A stretch of 64,000 nucleotides of DNA from contig OZ241917.1 of the NCBI GenBank assembly GCA_965203805.1, forward strand, positions 2,368,001-2,432,000, given 5' to 3'. Source of the stretch: Candidatus Latescibacterota bacterium (GTDB lineage: Bacteria; Latescibacterota; UBA2968; GCA-2709665). A program made the position numbers and the translations under genes. Each line of letters opens with the position of its first letter. Within the stretch, counting starts at the first letter, position 1. Under the pieces are notes generated by a model. That model saw only the letters and a program-made list of their open reading frames with translations, made no database searches and had not been told where the DNA came from. This document shows positions 29,319 to 40,218 of the stretch, in pieces.

Positions 29319-30259
29319 TATTGAAATCTCTCCAGAAGTTCGTCGACGACTCGGGGATACTCCTGCTTGCCCGTCGCCCGCCTGGCGTTTTCAGAGTCAT
29401 GCAACCATATGGGCAGACTGTTTTCGGCAGCTTCAGTGTATCCGATCAATTCAGTCGTGTGGGTTGAAAAGCACTTGTCCCGGCCCAACTGCGACCGAAT
29501 TCCCTCCATTGTATTCGCATGGGCATTAGCGATCATTTCACCCCCGATTCGCACACGAACGAAAAGAACTGCGCCGAACTCAGCTACACGATGACTGTCC
29601 GCAGTTTCACCGGCCAATGCACCCGCATGCGTCATACGTTCGTCGATATCCCGGACTTTGTTTGTTAAAATGCTCAATCCAATTGTAGAAAGATGATCCG
29701 GTATCGCGGTCACAATGTAGTAGTCACTCGCGATAAGCGCGTTCTGCGTCATCAAATACAAATTCGGCGGGCAATCTATCAGAACAAAATCGTAATTGTC
29801 ACGGACTTCGTTGATGGCTTTAACTAGGAATTCCCGGTCTCGCATGGCCTGTTGTGCGTTCTTCCTCAGCATTTCCATACTTGGATATGCTCCTGAGATC
29901 TGCCCTCCGCCAATGTCCTCCCCTATCAGATCAATATCGCACGGGATCAAATCCAATCGTGGGTGACGGCGCCCGTCCCTTAAACGAATTGGAGTCTCCC
30001 ACAGATATCTCTTAACGTCAATGGGTTTCCTGTCCAGAAATCTCTTATACATAGTGGCAATTGTGCCAACTCTGGATTTCCGCCTTTTCCAGTCTTCAAT
30101 GGAAGCACATAGAAACGTAAGGTTTGTCTGTGGATCGATATCGATCAGCAAGACCTTCTTCTCTCTTAGTCCGGCAAGCCAACATCCGACATGGTAGGCT
30201 GATGTCGTCTTTGCGACGCCACCTTTGTAATTGATAAACGCGAAAACCTTTGCTGCCAC
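29318..30259 (-). CDS. ParA/Soj-family ATPase
   Basis: INYKGGVAKTT deviant Walker A, VLLIDIDPQTNLT, YDFVLIDCPPNL. Confidence 0.9.
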   Translation of the reverse strand: MAAKVFAFINYKGGVAKTTSAYHVGCWLAGLREKKVLLIDIDPQTNLTFLCASIEDWKRRKSRVGTIATMYKRFLDRKPIDVKRYLWETPIRLRDGRRHPRLDLIPCDIDLIGEDIGGGQISGAYPSMEMLRKNAQQAMRDREFLVKAINEVRDNYDFVLIDCPPNLYLMTQNALIASDYYIVTAIPDHLSTIGLSILTNKVRDIDERMTHAGALAGETADSHRVAEFGAVLFVRVRIGGEMIANAHANTMEGIRSQLGRDKCFSTHTTELIGYTEAAENSLPIWLHDSENARRATGKQEYPRVVDELLERFQ

Positions 30260-31060
30260 TAATTATGCCCCCAAGCAGACAACCGCATATTGCGATCTTC
30301 AGCTATATTCGGAACAGAAGATCGATGCTACTGGTCGGTTCATCTTGACAGCGTGGCATGCACCCGTGAATGACTGGCAAACCTAAGGCGCACAGCGCTT
30401 TGACTGCGATTAATTACGAGCCAGGTGTCAGCAAGCCGAAAGCGTATCCGTTGGAAATCTCGTTCAATGCACGACACTCCCATACGTTTGAGTCCCGAGG
30501 ATCACTTTTAACGAACTGACCACCTCTAACCTTCAAATATATGGCATTCGATGGGCGGAAGGCAACCTCATTTCCGTTTCTGTCACTTACTCTGAACGGC
30601 AGCTGTTCCTTCAAGTGGCGAATAGTTCCCGCAACCAGACATTTGCTTCAGGGATCCCGCATGCGTCGAACACGAATTCCTGTCCGGGGCTTACCGTGTT
30701 GAGGTATACCCATGGTTTGCGGCGGTCCCAAAGTTTCCTATTGTAGTGGTGGCTTAGGATTGGACAACCGCCCGGCGGATAAAATCACGACGGCAGCCTC
30801 CATCTGCTGCGATTCGCCGATCGCGGCGCCGTCAACGTGAAACGGTCGCCGTCGCCGGAAAAGAGGGCTGCGCAGTTCACCGAGTTGAATTACTTGCGCC
30901 TGAAGACGATCTTCATCGATTCTCCGCCTTTCCAGTTTCATTTCGGTTCTGATGACCCACGGAATCCAGGCGGAAGTCGGCATCCTCCGGCACGCAAATT
31001 CCCGCCCATGCATGATCCGTTTTGCTGACTGGTCACTGACACTGATCACCGACCACTGCC

Positions 31061-34000
31061 GCTGCAATCCTTGTTCTGATGGAAGATTCTCTCTGAGATG
31101 AGCAGATCGAAAAACGGCCCGGTGTGTATCACGGGTTTCAATCCTTGTTCTGATGGAAGATTCTCTCTGAGTGTTCGTCGGGCAACATCGTCCGCCCCAG
31201 ACCTTCCTGTTTCAATCCTTGTTCTGATGGAAGATTCTCTCTGAGTCTCCGTGGACGGGTTGATGTTCTGTCTTTGCACGTGTTGTTTCAATCCTTGTTC
31301 TGATGGAAGATTCTCTCTGAGTCCACGTCGGCATCCAGTTCGATACCGAGATAATGTGGTTTCAATCCTTGTTCTGATGGAAGATTCTCTCTGAGAAGTC
31401 CGCCCCAGATATAACCCCAATATACCCACGTGTTTCAATCCTTGTTCTGATGGAAGATTCTCTCTGAGACGGCGAGCCCAACTATCGCGCCGAAGAAGGT
31501 GACTCCAGTTTCAATCCTTGTTCTGATGGAAGATTCTCTCTGAGCGCTTAGAGCGTCTCTATTGCGTTCTGCGATACCGGTTTCAATCCTTGTTCTGATG
31601 GAAGATTCTCTCTGAGCGCGTAATAAAGCGCTTCACCACCGTCAAAGCCTTCCGGTTTCAATCCTTGTTCTGATGGAAGATTCTCTCTGAGAATCGGGCG
31701 GCCCGTCTTTTACGCGTACAACAACAGTTTCAATCCTTGTTCTGATGGAAGATTCTCTCTGAGACATCACATCTTCAGGATCACCGAGTGTGGCGATCTG
31801 TTTCAATCCTTGTTCTGATGGAAGATTCTCTCTGAGCCAAGCGTTGGCGCGGGCCACGCCGTCGACGGACTCCATGTTTCAATCCTTGTTCTGATGGAAG
31901 ATTCTCTCTGAGCGCAAGGGGTTCCCCGAGCACCAGGCCCTGATTTAGTTTCAATCCTTGTTCTGATGGAAGATTCTCTCTGAGTTCGAATGATACCGAT
32001 GACCTCCCATTCTGAAACCTTGTTTCAATCCTTGTTCTGATGGAAGATTCTCTCTGAGCACTGACCGGCGCGGATGCTGTTATCAGCACGGTGATGTTTC
32101 AATCCTTGTTCTGATGGAAGATTCTCTCTGAGTCCGGACAGCGCCGCGCGGTCCGCCTGCAGCGAGCGGAGTTTCAATCCTTGTTCTGATGGAAGATTCT
32201 CTCTGAGCGATCCCGGCTGAAGGCGTTGCGTGGTTGATTCCCAGGGTTTCAATCCTTGTTCTGATGGAAGATTCTCTCTGAGCGGCGCACGGCCCGCGAA
32301 CAGCAGGCCCTGATCGAGTTTCAATCCTTGTTCTGATGGAAGATTCTCTCTGAGCAGGGGGCGGACGTTTGCATGCTCCGGGAGTATGCCATGTTTCAAT
32401 CCTTGTTCTGATGGAAGATTCTCTCTGAGAGGCAGGGCTCGGGATTTGCACGGACCAACGTTGCAGTTTCAATCCTTGTTCTGATGGAAGATTCTCTCTG
32501 AGTCCAGATCGTATCGAACAGCGGCGAGCCATTCTTTTCGTTTCAATCCTTGTTCTGATGGAAGATTCTCTCTGAGCGGAGGCCGGGAATATCACGGCGC
32601 GGACGCTGGCGAAGTTTCAATCCTTGTTCTGATGGAAGATTCTCTCTGAGACGTCGTGCAGCTCTGTTATCCGACGTCGGAAGCCCTGTTTCAATCCTTG
32701 TTCTGATGGAAGATTCTCTCTGAGAGTGCGCCGTATGCGGTTATGTCAAGTGCAGGTGCCGTTTCAATCCTTGTTCTGATGGAAGATTCTCTCTGAGGTG
32801 AGGAACGGCGGAACAGACCACCCCAGACATAACCCGTTTCAATCCTTGTTCTGATGGAAGATTCTCTCTGAGACCCGGAACAGGAACCGGGTGACAAAGG
32901 TATCGAGGTTTCAATCCTTGTTCTGATGGAAGATTCTCTCTGAGACCCGGAACAGGAACCGGGTGACAAAGGTATCGAGGTTTCAATCCTTGTTCTGATG
33001 GAAGATTCTCTCTGAGATATGACCGCGAACCATATCACGACGTCGGTATTTAGTTTCAATCCTTGTTCTGATGGAAGATTCTCTCTGAGCACAAAGGCGA
33101 AAGCTACGGATGATAGCTTTGAACCTGTTTCAATCCTTGTTCTGATGGAAGATTCTCTCTGAGCGGTGCCGGATGCGCCGGCGAGGCCCGTCGCTTTCGC
33201 CCGGTTTCAATCCTTGTTCTGATGGAAGATTCTCTCTGAGTTCTGTATCCGCCGTCTGACGGATGGCCTGACGTGCTGTTTCAATCCTTGTTCTGATGGA
33301 AGATTCTCTCTGAGCATTCAGCGGTTGGGCCGCGTCATACGCGCCTTCTACGGGTTTCAATCCTTGTTCTGATGGAAGATTCTCTCTGAGGTAGGAAGCT
33401 GCTTTGGTCCCACTGTCCACACGGTCCAGTTTCAATCCTTGTTCTGATGGAAGATTCTCTCTGAGTGTTGAAAGTCTCCCCGTCCCCGAAACCCTGGCTA
33501 TCCGTTTCAATCCTTGTTCTGATGGAAGATTCTCTCTGAGCGCGCTGCAGTTCGGCCTTGTGGAAGTTCGCGGCTGTGTTTCAATCCTTGTTCTGATGGA
33601 AGATTCTCTCTGAGCCTGGTTCCTGCGGGCCCTGTTCTGCCGGGTGAAAAGTGTTTCAATCCTTGTTCTGATGGAAGATTCTCTCTGAGCCGGTCTGGGG
33701 AGTCGATTGAGAGGCTGGTTTGCGAATGTTTCAATCCTTGTTCTGATGGAAGATTCTCTCTGAGCGGGGCGGTTGAGCGTTGTCATCGCCGCTATCGACA
33801 AAATGTTTCAATCCTTGTTCTGATGGAAGATTCTCTCTGAGGAAAAGCACCTGTGGCGCACCGCCCGCATTTTGGCCGAGTTTCAATCCTTGTTCTGATG
33901 GAAGATTCTCTCTGAGTTTTTGCGGCTCCCGCCGAAGGTTGTTGACCAGATCATGTTTCAATCCTTGTTCTGATGGAAGATTCTCTCTGAGTAACAGTGG

Positions 34001-35847
34001 GGGATTCGCTGGCAAGGCCCCAAACGCCTGTTTCAATCCTTGTTCTGATGGAAGATTCTCTCTGAGCTATTCGCATCGCTTCGCGCAAGCGGTGGTTATT
34101 TACGTTTCAATCCTTGTTCTGATGGAAGATTCTCTCTGAGCGTCTCGAGGTGGTCACGGTCGTACTACATCGATGCCGTTTCAATCCTTGTTCTGATGGA
34201 AGATTCTCTCTGAGTGAAGGTCGCGCAGCTTTATGCGTACCGCGAGGGGGTCGTTTCAATCCTTGTTCTGATGGAAGATTCTCTCTGAGAGCTTACGCTG
34301 AAGCGATCCCAGGCAATCACAGCCTCGGTTTCAATCCTTGTTCTGATGGAAGATTCTCTCTGAGGATCATGACGCCGGGAAGCGCATTCGATATCACGAT
34401 GTTTCAATCCTTGTTCTGATGGAAGATTCTCTCTGAGCGGCGCCGTCGTCGACGTCCTCCGCGATGCGCCCACCGTTTCAATCCTTGTTCTGATGGAAGA
34501 TTCTCTCTGAGGCACGGGCGCGAATCAATTAGAGCCTCTCAGGTCGATGTTTCAATCCTTGTTCTGATGGAAGATTCTCTCTGAGTAGTCGAGCACATCC
34601 AGGCAGGAGAGTATGCATGGGACGTTTCAATCCTTGTTCTGATGGAAGATTCTCTCTGAGTCTGGGAGTATGTCATGGAGGGTGCATTGATCCGCGTTTC
34701 AATCCTTGTTCTGATGGAAGATTCTCTCTGAGGGCCTCCAGATGCGCCGGTAACCGCCGGCGGTTCTTGTTTCAATCCTTGTTCTGATGGAAGATTCTCT
34801 CTGAGCGCCGTAGGAGATTTTTGTGAGTCTTCAGGGAGAGAGTTTCAATCCTTGTTCTGATGGAAGATTCTCTCTGAGATCGTGGCGGGTGAAAGTGCAG
34901 CGTGTGCGACGTGTCATGTTTCAATCCTTGTTCTGATGGAAGATTCTCTCTGAGTGAGCTACCCGCCAAAATCGTCAAGTATGCTTCTTTAGTTTCAATC
35001 CTTGTTCTGATGGAAGATTCTCTCTGAGCCTGTCAGGCGTTGTGCGATACGAGCTAACGGTTTACGGGGTTTCAATCCTTGTTCTGATGGAAGATTCTCT
35101 CTGAGCGGGCGCGGTTCGCCCGGATTCTCAAATGCTTAGAGTGTTTCAATCCTTGTTCTGATGGAAGATTCTCTCTGAGTCTCGTCCAGTTCGAGGGCGC
35201 GGACGTGTGCATGTGTTTCAATCCTTGTTCTGATGGAAGATTCTCTCTGAGCATGGGGGGCCTCTGATGCTGAAGAACTTAACGCCTCTGTTTCAATCCT
35301 TGTTCTGATGGAAGATTCTCTCTGAGCTATCACAGACGGAACTGTCACAACTACAGATGATGGGTTTCAATCCTTGTTCTGATGGAAGATTCTCTCTGAG
35401 CTTGAATATAAGCGGCCAACACACGGCCAAAATTGAAACCGTTTCAATCCTTGTTCTGATGGAAGATTCTCTCTGAGGATCTGGCCGACGTCGGCGGTCC
35501 TGGCGTGTTCCGGATGTTTCAATCCTTGTTCTGATGGAAGATTCTCTCTGAGTTCTCGTCCAGTTCGAGGGCCAGGACGTGTGCATGCTGTTTCAATCCT
35601 TGTTCTGATGGAAGATTCTCTCTGAGGGTCGAATGTCATTTCCCCGACTACAGGACTAAGGCGTTTCAATCCTTGTTCTGATGGAAGATTCTCTCTGAGA
35701 GCAATGGCTATTATTGCAGGTTCGGAAGATATAGCGTTTCAATCCTTGTTCTGATGGAAGATTCTCTCTGAGGTACCCTGCTCACTGGCTATTCGCTCAA
35801 TCCGGTTAGCGTTTCAATCCTTGTTCTGATGGAAGATTCTCTCTGAG
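31061..35847 (-). CRISPR. CRISPR array, about 65 repeats and 64 spacers; repeat as transcribed CTCAGAGAGAATCTTCCATCAGAACAAGGATTGAAAC (37 bp)
   Basis: Identical repeats at ~74 bp period (hand count); the ATTGAAAC 3' end, a degenerate terminal repeat at 31061 and an AT-rich leader next to cas4 give minus orientation. Confidence 0.98.
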
Positions 35848-36018
35848 CGCATTTTATCCATATCTTCCGAAATTCCAATGGGTTGAGTGGAATAACCGGA
35901 ACTCGTATTCATCCGTAGACCGTACTTTTTTTCTCTGATACAGTGTCATTCTCACCTCCATTGCAGGCCGAATCTCTCACAACATATTATTTTTCAATAG
36001 GATAGGCTGTAAATTTAA
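35848..36018 (-). promoter_or_regulatory. CRISPR leader
   Basis: AT-rich non-coding stretch between cas4 and the first repeat. Confidence 0.8.
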
Positions 36019-36615
36019 TCAGACACAGATATTTCTATAACAACAGTCCCCACATTTGACACGATGAGGTGTTTTTCTGGGCAGACGTCCAGTCTCAATG
36101 ATGTCGAGGATCTCAGCCACAGCAGTCTTTGCTGCGCTTTCTTCGGCCTCGCCAATGGGGACTTCGACCAACCGACTGCCACCGCGCACGTACGCTATGT
36201 AACCACGCGTTACCGATTTTCGATAGACTTCGCGGGCGAGAAGCCCATAGAGAGTAATTTGGATTCGATGAGTCTTGAAAGCATTCTCTCGATAGGGCGT
36301 ATACTTGTAATCGAGCGGTGCAAACGTCCCATCGTGCAATGTCAGGACTTCATCGACAACCCCACGGACACTTAGCGCGGGTGACGCCAAATACACGTTG
36401 AGATCTCTATCTACGGCACCGATTTTCTTCCGCAGGTAGGATCGGTTTTCGCGTTCCCTGCGTTTGTGGACTTCCCGCCCCTTGAGCACCTTGAAGCGCC
36501 GGTCCTCAAACTGCGGGATATTAAGCACGTTCATGAAATACGTGAAACGGGGACAATAGACGTGCTCGATCACCTCCGAAGGCGTGATCATGATTGTCGT
36601 TTCGGTGTCGCTCAC
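36019..36615 (-). CDS. cas4: CRISPR-associated Cas4 nuclease
   Basis: YCPR, GVVDE, PLDYK, QITLY, C-terminal CxxCCYxxxC. Confidence 0.93.
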   Translation of the reverse strand: MSDTETTIMITPSEVIEHVYCPRFTYFMNVLNIPQFEDRRFKVLKGREVHKRRERENRSYLRKKIGAVDRDLNVYLASPALSVRGVVDEVLTLHDGTFAPLDYKYTPYRENAFKTHRIQITLYGLLAREVYRKSVTRGYIAYVRGGSRLVEVPIGEAEESAAKTAVAEILDIIETGRLPRKTPHRVKCGDCCYRNICV

Positions 36616-36917
36616 AGGAATAGACTCTTTACTTCGTCGGTGACCAGTTTCTGGTCAAACGCCTGGCCTTGTAGTACGACTTTGCGGAAGTCCATGGCGC
36701 ACATGGGGAAAATATACACGCTGTCGGTTTCCTCATCTATGTGTTCCTCAATACGCATCGAGAGTTCATCCAGCCGGTTGTGTTTGACCGTCCCGAGAAA
36801 GACGGACTTTTGTACTCGGTAGAGGCCGGCTTCTTGACAGGCTTTGCCCACCTTCCGCCGACCCTTGTCGGCTGAGATATCGTATAGGACCCAGGTAAGG
36901 GATTCGTCAGATTTCAT
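36612..36917 (-). CDS. cas2: CRISPR-associated Cas2
   Basis: VLYDIS, RVQKSVFLG, DSVYIFP. Confidence 0.95.
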   Translation of the reverse strand: MKSDESLTWVLYDISADKGRRKVGKACQEAGLYRVQKSVFLGTVKHNRLDELSMRIEEHIDEETDSVYIFPMCAMDFRKVVLQGQAFDQKLVTDEVKSLFL

Positions 36918-37912
36918 GTTCTCATCTCTTTGGTGTTCGGATCGTTGGCAAGCAGTTTATTAGCGATGCGGTGCAGATCGAATTGTATGCTGTCGCGCCG
37001 AGTGATGTTTCGGCCCCGGTAGCGGGTGGCTTCGTCGAGATACGTCGTGAACGCTTCGATGAGGACGGCCTTGCCCTGTTTGTTCAGTGTGAGTCCATTT
37101 TGGAGGTTGTCGAACAGGTCTTTTTTGATCTTGCGCGCAGAGAAAAGTCCAAGCACCGTCTCGTCCGCCCAAATCCGGTATTGCTCGATAAGGTCAAATA
37201 CAAGGGATGGTTTGTTGTAGTGATCGGTATGAATGAACCCAATGTATGGATCGAGTCCGGCGAGCAAACAGGCTCGTTCGACCGTACCATACAGGATGCC
37301 ATAGGCATAATTGAGCAGGCAGTTGAATGGGTCTTTGGCCGGATTGCGGCTCCGGCCTTCAAACCGGTAGTGGATTGGTAAGAGTAATGATACAGCCGAC
37401 CAGTAGGTTCGTCCGGCACGCCCCTCCAGGCCGAGAAGGCTCTGGCGTGCGGAATCAATTTTTCCTGTGACGTCCTGCGTTTGATCTTTGAGCGTCTTTA
37501 GACTACCGATCGCTTCGGTCAGCTGCGCTGAAAGGCGCGTCCGACGATCGCGCATGCGCGCCAGCAGCGCAATCTGGTTGTCAAATTTGCGCTCCACCCA
37601 GCCGAGGGCAAGCCGCATGCCAAGGTCGGTTTCCGCGGCCGCAAATTGCATTCGTCGTATCGCGGTTGTTGAACCTGGTCGGCCGTGCCACACCCGACCG
37701 AACGGGTCGCCGTACTTGTCCAGAAAGAGGATGTCGATATTCTTCTCAACAGCAAGTTGCACCGCATCGGACGAGAACGCCGCGCCCGTTGAAATCAGAA
37801 TGGAGCGTACCTTGCGAGCGGAGATTTCGGTCGATTGTCCATCAACTTTGATGTTGAACAATTCCCCGCGCCGGCTCAGATACGCACCGAATGTGTTGAG
37901 TACGAGTTGCAT
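36914..37912 (-). CDS. cas1: CRISPR-associated Cas1
   Basis: LGLEGRAGRTYW, DPFNCLLNYAYGILY, GLDPYIGFIH, SLVFDLIE; ATG 37912 overlaps the cas3 stop. Confidence 0.96.
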   Translation of the reverse strand: MQLVLNTFGAYLSRRGELFNIKVDGQSTEISARKVRSILISTGAAFSSDAVQLAVEKNIDILFLDKYGDPFGRVWHGRPGSTTAIRRMQFAAAETDLGMRLALGWVERKFDNQIALLARMRDRRTRLSAQLTEAIGSLKTLKDQTQDVTGKIDSARQSLLGLEGRAGRTYWSAVSLLLPIHYRFEGRSRNPAKDPFNCLLNYAYGILYGTVERACLLAGLDPYIGFIHTDHYNKPSLVFDLIEQYRIWADETVLGLFSARKIKKDLFDNLQNGLTLNKQGKAVLIEAFTTYLDEATRYRGRNITRRDSIQFDLHRIANKLLANDPNTKEMRT

Positions 37913-40218
37913 TAGAATAGCCTTAAAGCAACGTCTGCAGCGAAGCGTCCGCCTAAGTGTGAGTCGTATTCCATTTCGCAGAACGAAAACAAGCCGTCTC
38001 CTTCTCTCAAGTAGTGTTTTTTTATATACCACAAAGGCATTTTTAACTCGTAAAGCCGTCGATCCTTGGGATCCGCCAAACCTATTACATCGTCCTTGAA
38101 TTCGTGAGGAATGACGCTTTGTTGTTCGTAATTGGAGACCCGAGTACTCCGTCGCTCATCGTGACCACGTACGGGATCTAAAATACCCGAAAAGCGCCTC
38201 TGATCTTGCATTACGGTTTGCTGGGCAAGGATGAAATCCTCGTGTGTATTAATCTCAGTATGGGCATAAATGCTCTCTACCAAATCAAGCAGATCCTGTT
38301 CGGTTAGCCGCCTGTTGTCCATATCTGCAAATGCACGGAAACTACGGTTTAAGAGAGCCTGTTCCGCGCTCTGCTCAATATGCATATTATCGAAATATAT
38401 CCTTTCCGAGCCAGGTCCTGGACGAAAGATGACGACCTCACCATCACGCCTCCTCTTTCGGTTGACTCGTCCTGCCCGTTGCGCTAGCGCGTCGGGGGGC
38501 GCGCATTCGGTAAAAAGCACATCAAAATCAATATCTAGAGCGACTTCTACCACTTGTGTCGCAATCAACAGCGTAGGCTCTTTATTTAAAATAAACTCCT
38601 CTTTGTCTTGTCTGTCTTTGAGAATAAACTTGGAGTGATAACAGACAGGCTGAAGCTCTTCAAGAGCTTCGGCTAATTCTTGACATCGTCTCACGGTATT
38701 TACCACTACCAAGACTCGTTTTCCGACAATGACCTTATCCCGGATCAGGTCCAATCTATCGAGAAGATCGCCGTCAACAACCCGGAACAAACTTCTGGAT
38801 TCTTGCAGCAACTCGTGATCTCTGACGACCTCCGTATGTGCCGATTCCTCTAGCGCAGTCATTAGACTGCATTCCAAGAAACGAGGCAAAGTCGCGCTCA
38901 TAACCATGAATCGTGCTCCGGCGGCTCCCAACTGTTCAATAGCTTTGAATATTAGGCCCGCCGTATAGGGATCGTATGCATGAATTTCGTCCAGAATAAT
39001 TGCGGAGTCACAGGCGGCAAACGCCTTAAGAGGCCACAGTCCTGCATGAAACAAAGTCGTCAAAAGTTGATCAACGGTCCCTACTGTCACGGGTGGGATA
39101 AAATGGCGGTCAAAGAGCGCACGCGAACGCACGTCCTCTCTGCCGTCGCCGACTGCATCATCCATCTGAGCTTGCTCTCGCCGGTTTACTAAATCCGCCA
39201 TTGAGTGCGTCAGACCGACTGGGTGACCATAAGAAGAAAAAAACTGACGCATCCGTTCATACAAACTGTTCGCCGTTACCATGGTAGGAAGGAGGTAGAG
39301 GATTTTTCCAACGTGACCTTGTTCCACCTGCCCCAATGCCCACAGCAAGGCTGCTTCCGTCTTGCCGATGCCCGTAGGCGCGACTGCGACTACATGGCCG
39401 TCTATACTTCCACAAGTACGTTGGAAATCACGAAACTCCGAAAAAACCCAGCCTTCGCGTTTGCCTTTTTCTATCAGATAGGAATAGACTTTTTTAGGGC
39501 CTACATCTACAGTAAATCGGTAATCGAAGCTGTGCGCCGAAGCGTGCCAATCGGCATTTATCAATAGTCCCTTCATCAGGATAAACAACGCTCGGACAGC
39601 GTCGATGTCTGTCACCCTTCTTTTCAAGCTACTAACGAAGGACGGTCGCTTTTTCGCCAGCTCGCTACACTTCTCGTAATCCAATGTCGGAGGGCAAGCA
39701 CCGAAATCGTCAAAGATCTTCTCGACGACACGTTGCCCTTCTTCAATGCCCCCTTCAACCCATGTAAGAGCACCAGGGTTTTTGCCCTCGCGCTCGAAAC
39801 GAGTCAATTCTCCATCAACCGGTTTGTGATGGCCGAGAACTACCATCGCTTCCGTTACTCCCGTGCAGATAGCTTCGGTCAATTGGCCATGAGTCTGTCG
39901 CAAATTGCGGGCCGCTAGAAAAACAAAGGCAGTAGATGCGTATTCATGGCGAAAATTGGCTTTGATGGCTCTCTGTCTATCAACCTCAGAGGAGGCGTAC
40001 ATAATGCGTTGGAAATTCGCCGATAGCTTGCCCATATCGTGAAAAGCTACACACAAAAGGCTGCTTAGCAGAAAGCGATCTCGGTCTATGCTGTGGCGAT
40101 CACATAGTCGATTGATCGCACCGCTGTGTCTATCGATCAATTGCCTCCAAGCCAAATAGACGCTCCAAACGTGCTGCTCGTACGTTTCATCGGGCCTGCA
40201 CTTAGCGAGAAAGATCAT
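37912..40218 (-). CDS. cas3: Cas3 HD nuclease-helicase
   Basis: HD motif FHDMGK, GHH, ADWHAS, APTGIGKT, DEIH, MSAT, QRAGRVNR. Confidence 0.96.
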   Translation of the reverse strand: MIFLAKCRPDETYEQHVWSVYLAWRQLIDRHSGAINRLCDRHSIDRDRFLLSSLLCVAFHDMGKLSANFQRIMYASSEVDRQRAIKANFRHEYASTAFVFLAARNLRQTHGQLTEAICTGVTEAMVVLGHHKPVDGELTRFEREGKNPGALTWVEGGIEEGQRVVEKIFDDFGACPPTLDYEKCSELAKKRPSFVSSLKRRVTDIDAVRALFILMKGLLINADWHASAHSFDYRFTVDVGPKKVYSYLIEKGKREGWVFSEFRDFQRTCGSIDGHVVAVAPTGIGKTEAALLWALGQVEQGHVGKILYLLPTMVTANSLYERMRQFFSSYGHPVGLTHSMADLVNRREQAQMDDAVGDGREDVRSRALFDRHFIPPVTVGTVDQLLTTLFHAGLWPLKAFAACDSAIILDEIHAYDPYTAGLIFKAIEQLGAAGARFMVMSATLPRFLECSLMTALEESAHTEVVRDHELLQESRSLFRVVDGDLLDRLDLIRDKVIVGKRVLVVVNTVRRCQELAEALEELQPVCYHSKFILKDRQDKEEFILNKEPTLLIATQVVEVALDIDFDVLFTECAPPDALAQRAGRVNRKRRRDGEVVIFRPGPGSERIYFDNMHIEQSAEQALLNRSFRAFADMDNRRLTEQDLLDLVESIYAHTEINTHEDFILAQQTVMQDQRRFSGILDPVRGHDERRSTRVSNYEQQSVIPHEFKDDVIGLADPKDRRLYELKMPLWYIKKHYLREGDGLFSFCEMEYDSHLGGRFAADVALRLF

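Noticed and set aside
30712-30720. 9-nt match (ATGGTTTGC) to the putative guide upstream of cas6
   Set aside because: A 9-mer is expected by chance roughly once per two windows of this size; PAM unknown
30414-31028. Short ORFs between parA and the array trailer
   Set aside because: Fragmentary, no RBS or recognisable motif; possibly decayed genes but unsupported
31913-32317. Two spacers sharing CAGGCCCTGAT
   Set aside because: An 11-nt core with weak flanks; cannot be distinguished from chance without target sequences
31046-35669. Many ORFs with repeating LRENLPSEQGLK / QRESSIRTRIET peptides
   Set aside because: Translations of the CRISPR repeat, which is stop-free in two minus-strand frames; not genes
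31061-35847. Possible self-targeting spacers within the window
   Set aside because: None noticed by eye, but an exhaustive search was not possible, so no claim is made
37913-38032. N-terminal extension of Cas1 in the ORF track
   Set aside because: Overlaps the cas3 3' end; ATG 37912 with TAATG coupling is the more plausible start
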